A stretch of 62,610 bases of DNA, the filler included, from Sphacelaria rigidula (lineage: Eukaryota): assembly GCA_964200075.2 (NCBI GenBank). It is 7 parts of 7 records of this genome, joined end to end, with 100 filler letters (N's around TTAATTAATTAA, not from the genome) between each part and the next. Parts side by side here need not be neighbours in the genome. Positions count along the whole stretch, not along the records: positions 53,754 to 62,610 come from CAXNAA020009922.1; 6 more parts are not named here. One strand, written 5' to 3'. The notes under the pieces are model-generated. The model worked only from the letters and a program-made list of their open reading frames with translations, searched no databases and was not told the DNA's origin. Shown here one piece after another: positions 57,501-62,610 of the stretch. The position numbers and the translations under genes were made by a program. Position 1 is the stretch's first letter. Each line of letters starts with the position of its first letter.

Positions 57501-58650
57501 GTCCCGCAGTATGTTCCCGTCCTCGTCCTTAATACACTGCTCGCTCTCTACCTCTCGTCTCGCCAGACTCTACCTTCCTTTCAGATGATTGTACCATCCG
57601 CTCATGTCCCCAATCTTGATATTTTCCAAAGTTCCTTCGCATACACATCTAGGTACCTGTCTGTTACCCCTAGCTTTGATCACTTCTTCGAGTTTCCTGC
57701 ACAGCAGGTACGCCATGTGTGTTTATCTGACCAGGGCAAGCCTTCTGTCACCCTCAAGTTGCAGCGAAGAGGTGCCGGTGCTGTCGTTGGTCGGGGGTTC
57801 CGGCAGTATGCCCACACCATTTTACAGCCCCCATTTCTCGTTCTTACTCCAGTCCTAGCGTTAGCGTCCATCAAAATAAACAGGTGGTCATTGTTGGGAC
57901 CTCGGTTCACAGTGCTGTCCAACTCAGCCCAGAACATATATCTCTCTTCTCTTGGCTTTCATGTCTGCGGGGGCACAGGCAGCTACAAACGTAACAGCGT
58001 TCGATTGGCCTGCCATGTCGGAGGTAATCGACATGAAGCATTCGCTGATGAGCGCCTGCGTCCACGTAGTCTTGTTGATGGTCGACCCCTTGACCACCAA
58101 CCCAACTCCATGTTGTCCAGCCCTTCCCTTACCCCCTTCTGCCCCGCCGCAGAATATATGGTGTCGTGCGGCAGCGACCTCGGTTTGGCCTGGTCTCCTT
58201 TTCTCCTGTAGTTCGATGACGTCACAACCCACCTCTCGACACTTTTGCAAGACTACGTCAGCATGGCCAGCCCTGTTGTTCATCACAAAGAGCAGTGTAC
58301 GGACGTTGTAGGGTACCATCTTGGGCTCCTCTAAACGCGACCCAGTTCTTCCCTTATCTCTATCTGCACGCTTTCCTCTTTGTCATGCCTCCCATGGGGT
58401 CTACGCCTGCTTCTAATCTTCTGCACGAGGTTTTTTTCCTGTTCCGATTTTCCTTGATACATTTTCATGGTACATGCCTGGTGTTGGTCTCACGGTGAGG
58501 ACTCATCTGTCATAGCCCGCGTCGGCCGCTAAAATTGCTCCAGTCCGCCGGGTCTGGTACTTACTCACACACATTTCATCTCCATCGACGTGTGTTCCGT
58601 TACAGTGACCCATCTTCCGAAACACTCTGCAGCTGCGGGGTCAGCGGTCG
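54546..58650 (-). mobile_element. Near full-length degenerate RTE-like non-LTR retrotransposon (APE + RT)
   Basis: APE: YNVRTL...GCDVIELQE.RR...GQHGVGLVV...FILMDANARTG. RT: GKATDPDDVPAELL, CFIDLQKDYDSVD..LLWEV...GVPP, GLGQGCVSSPLLF. 3' terminus gtgcgacactcaactcactcatctc at 54546-54585. Many stops and frameshifts. Confidence 0.9.
56494..56795. mobile_element. MITE inserted in the LINE RT domain (same family as 9080-9375)
   Basis: TIRs acgttttagtgagattgagagtagag / ctctactctcaatctcacgaaaacgt. It splits RT between ...DGMRGRV and WFHVFCGLGQGCV. Confidence 0.85.
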
Positions 58651-58929
58651 AGTCTTCGCTTGAAATTTTGCACACGTGTCCGAAAGGGGTAATACCGAGG
58701 TCGTGCCGTTAACATGATCGGGGGTTCTCCCTTCAAGTTGTTCGAAATTAAGAAAAGTTCCGATATGGCTCCATTTACCCGTTACCGAATAACTTCGGAT
58801 AAAATACCCTAGTAAAAAGAAAAAGAAAAGATAATTTTTGCAACGTTTTGTTCAGTGGGTACGATTTCTTGCATACGCGAGGTATTTTCCCGGGTATTAT
58901 TCGTACGCGACAGCTCTGTGAGTTCTGTA

Positions 58930-58978
58930 CGATTTGATGATTTGATGATTTGATTGTCGCACTTCAACTGATCACCCA
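58930..58978 (-). repeat. LINE 3' terminus stub with (CATCAAAT)n tail, inserted in the repeat at 58880-59200
   Basis: The reverse complement is gatcagttgaagtgcgacaatcaaatcatcaaatcatcaaatc. Confidence 0.7.
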
Positions 58979-61681
58979 TGTAAGATCTGTAGGAAATGCT
59001 TTCCCCTGCCCGGGGTACGGGTATACCCTTGTAGAAATACCCTGTTGCGGGAAGAGTTTCTGTACAACCTCATACTGTACCTGACAGGTTCTGTCAGTTC
59101 TGTCAGACTTTTATACCGGTACTGCACCCGACAGTACTGTAAGTTTTGTAAGAGATATCTTACCCTACCGGAAACACCCGTACCCTTCATAACACAACCT
59201 TGTTTTTTTGTAAGGTACTGTCGGGTATGTGCGGGAAATTTCAAGTCAAAACTCGGAACTGTAGTTAACTCTAGGACAGTAAGCGTCGCCTCGGAACAGT
59301 TTCACAGCTCGACAGTCCAGGGACATCCGAGGGTTTCTACGGGATCGGGGGGGGGGGCATTGAAGGGTGGTGTGGGCCTGTTCACTGGAAAGCCGAAAAA
59401 CTCACCATTAACCATATGCGTTTGAAGGTTTTCCGCGGAAAAATAGAAGCCAGGAACGAGGCCCGAGAGAAGCGGAGTGATCAATCTGACCAATCGCGGC
59501 TATCAAAATGCTCACTTTGTTTCCCTCCAGATGGACTATGAACGGACTACTTCGTTGTCTAGCCGTATTTCTCATATTGGTCATGGCAGTTCAACCGTAG
59601 ATTCCATGGGCACAAATAACGAGATTTCTACTGTGCTCATGGTCTATGCCGCCTGCGTGACCCTCAATGTGTTGCCAGCATAGCTTCACAATGTCTGTAG
59701 TAGTGTTGTGGAGCACTATGGGCAGAGACATCAGCAGCATGCAGTCAACTGGGGTCAGTAGAGAGCGATGGCACGCTGACTGTTTCTTGCCGTTGCATCC
59801 AGCGAAGACAACACACATCCTGACTCTGCACGCAATTGATGCAGGGTCAGAACCTAAAACCGTTCAGGGTTCTCCGACACTATTTTCTCTTTCTGTGTAC
59901 TCGTACGTCGTAGCGAGAAAAGAGCTGTTCTGAACCCCAAATGTGGCATAGTCTATCGGAGTCCATCTGATGGGGATTCGCTGTCTAAGGGTCAAGCTAG
60001 GGAGATGTCCTCTCTAAACTTGATCGTATCGCTCAGTGAAACCAGATTGAACCCACTGCGTATGTGAACTGGCTATATTCCTGCACATCGGTTATCCTCG
60101 CAATAACCGGGCGGAACATGAAAAACGTACCTTATCTGGTCAACTTACTTTTTACCAAAACATATCCATCAAGCACGCGCATCTCACCTCCGGCTACTAT
60201 TTACTTCTTGCGTGATCCGCTCGCACCAAGCTGTGGGTTTCGTCCAGGATATGCACTGTGCTGGCAACAGCAGAGCAGAGCACACAATGTCCGTTTGATC
60301 CCGTCTTTGAGGAGCAGCACGGCTTTACTTGCTTCCTAGATATCAAGTTCGTGTCGTCCCCATACAACAAAAGTCTTCTGCACTACAATAACCGGCTATG
60401 ATGCACGAACTTCCGCAGAAACTTCACTGAACCACGGTAGCGACGGTATGAATGCACTCGTGATTAGTAAACCTTCGCGCCGCGGTGCCAGTCTAGGTGA
60501 CAAGATTCGGTCTACCTCTCGTTTTTCATGTCACTGCATCTTTCTCGCAGCCTATTTTTCAGACCCGCGGTCAAATCTTCGAGTCCCGCACTGATCACGA
60601 ATCACGTCCTCATCGACCATGATGATTCTTCCTACATTCAACTTGGGTGATCAGGATGCGTGAAAATATCTAATATTCTCACTGTACGCTATCGGATATA
60701 CGAGGGGCGGTATTGCGTATACTGTTGGAAAATAACGAAAAAGGCACTCTCCACCCGAATCGGTATAGATTATCCCGCTGTTGGTGCTCAGAAGCTCCGC
60801 GAGTCTCTGCGTACCCGATGAACATGCGCCAGAAGGGAGGGAGATGCACGCCAGAGCTGTGGCATGTCGCATGTGCCACCAGAAGTTCTTCCCCGCTTCG
60901 CTCAAGTTTCATGTAAAGGTTTGCTTTCAATGTTCAATCTGGTTACAAAGTTGCAAACTTACCGAAGAGTGGCCACATCGCATATTCATATTTCAACGCT
61001 TCGTGTTTCGGTGGATTTCTTGATATGTGCAGAACCTGTCAGGGCAATGTCGTGAGAACCTATACCAATACCTCGTATACACCGTGAAAACCCCACCACA
61101 GTGCGGTGCGTTGCAGTATGCCCCTCAAGGCACCCCTTTGGTCACCATTGTATTTCTTATCCTCGAGTAGAGTGCGAGCGTGCTACAACAGTAGTAAGGC
61201 CCAGTCTTACGGAGACGAAAAGAGAAGCGAGAAACGAAACAACAGCGTCCAAAGCCGCGCGTTGATTGGTCGCCGGGCGGGTCTGGTTGCGGCGACTAAG
61301 GCCCATTATTGTCGACTCTGTGTTTTTCGGAAATCTCAGCATATCCCCGAGTTTCCGGACTCTACGTTCAGACTTCCACGAGAATGAAGCGGCTTGAATT
61401 TTTCTCCGAAGCTTCATTTTTGGAGAAGTCCGAAAAATTCAGACTGCAGCGCAATACTTCGGAGAGCTGCCCTATGAATACGCCGTGGCGCTCGTAAGCA
61501 TTCGAGAATTGTCAGGTACCTTGCCGGTCCCGACCATTTCGGAGATGTCCGAAAAAACAGTGTCGACAATAATGGGCCTAACAATACACTGCTTTTGAAC
61601 CCTTGTTTCGTCTTTCGCTTCTTTGTTGGGTCTCGGTAAGACACGGCCCAAAGTAATCTTGAAACGTACCATGTTTTCTAC

Positions 61682-61970
61682 CTGTGACCGAAAACGACCA
61701 GGCCGTGCAGTATCTTATCGAGCCAAAAGAAACCCCGAGAACAGGAACCAACGCAGCTTGTCGGCACACAACAGCCAGTTTGGGTTCTATCGAAGATGCA
61801 CAAAACCTACTGCCTGGGAGAGCGGTGATTCTTTCCGCACTGAACGCTGTCGGGAATAGATCTGGGAATCTTAACGGACTTGACGGATTCGAATGACTGA
61901 ACTCCGTCACACCTTCACAACACAGCCCGAGCAAACACGCACAGATGCATAGCACGAGTGCAGCACGCAT
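61682..61970 (-). CDS. Possible first exon of a secreted or endomembrane protein
   Basis: GCC-ATG context, signal-peptide-like MRAALVLCICACLLGLCCEG and a candidate donor CAG|gtagaa. No recognisable homology. Confidence 0.3.
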
Positions 61971-62610
61971 GGCGCTAGCTCTTGCTAATCTATATAGTGC
62001 TCTTTGTTTCACGGCAATCCGTTGGGTTTTGGAAGAGGGCCGGCCGTGTTTGTGCAACGAAACTTGCGCAAGATGCAGTTGTTGACCGTTTGTGGGTGTG
62101 TTACATGGCGCCTGTCTGACATAAATCATCGTATCTCATTCAACTTTGAACCTATTTTTCCCCAGCCAAGAATTCGTACTCAGTTGATCAACGGCTGCGG
62201 CTCGAACTGTTCATTTTCTATGCTGAAATGATAAGATCAGAAGTTTATGCAGCTTATGCCTCAGGTCTGGGCTGTGTGATAGGTGTGCACCACAGCCAGG
62301 GCCATTGCGCCGCTGATTTGTGTTGCTCTTCATGGCGAACAGCTCAGAGGAGTCTTGGCAAATAGCATGAAAAATAAAAATAAAATTTCGAGAAAACGCT
62401 GCCGCCAAAAAAAAATCGCCGCCGCCATTTTTCCTGGGGAGGGGTGGGGAGTGTACTCATGATCTTGCATGCCATAGTCATATGACCCTTGACCGTGCAT
62501 CCCCACAAAGCCGGCAGGGGGGATGGGGGGGGGGGGGGGGGCGCCATCTCATGGATGTGGTCGGCAGCCGTGCTCGGCGGGCCGGGGGTCGGCTTTGGGG
62601 GGGTGGGGGG

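Noticed and set aside
57363-58211. 282-aa plus-strand ORF
   Set aside because: It is the antisense shadow of the degenerate LINE.
60215-60930. ILDETHSL (Walker-B-like) and FWWHMR (integrase-like) snippets on the minus strand
   Set aside because: These are isolated short matches without the neighbouring motifs expected for a helicase or an integrase.

Overview
Eukaryotic, intron-rich, repeat-rich DNA. The F-V-type plastid presequences, GT-AG introns and gene content point to a photosynthetic stramenopile, most likely a brown alga (inference). The window is not one locus. It is seven contigs of monotonically non-increasing length (8860, 8860, 8859, 8858, 8858, 8858, 8857 bp) joined by artificial 100-bp N/TTAATTAATTAA spacers, so nothing should be linked across the gaps. 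Supported genes, all but one partial: an F-box-like/27-aa ankyrin-like repeat protein, two exons of a class I (CCoAOMT-like) O-methyltransferase, six exons of an RPH1-like membrane protein, a plastid-targeted Rieske-fold protein lacking most Fe-S ligands, and two unknown plastid-targeted proteins, one of them head-to-head with the Rieske-fold gene. The rest is mostly decayed transposons: an RTE-like LINE family (two long copies, many 3' ends), two MITE families, a hAT-like relic and unclassified repeats. The most striking observation is a tandem triplet of PAM2-like (PABP-binding) motifs, maintained through synonymous changes, in the 5' coding region of the RTE-like LINE.
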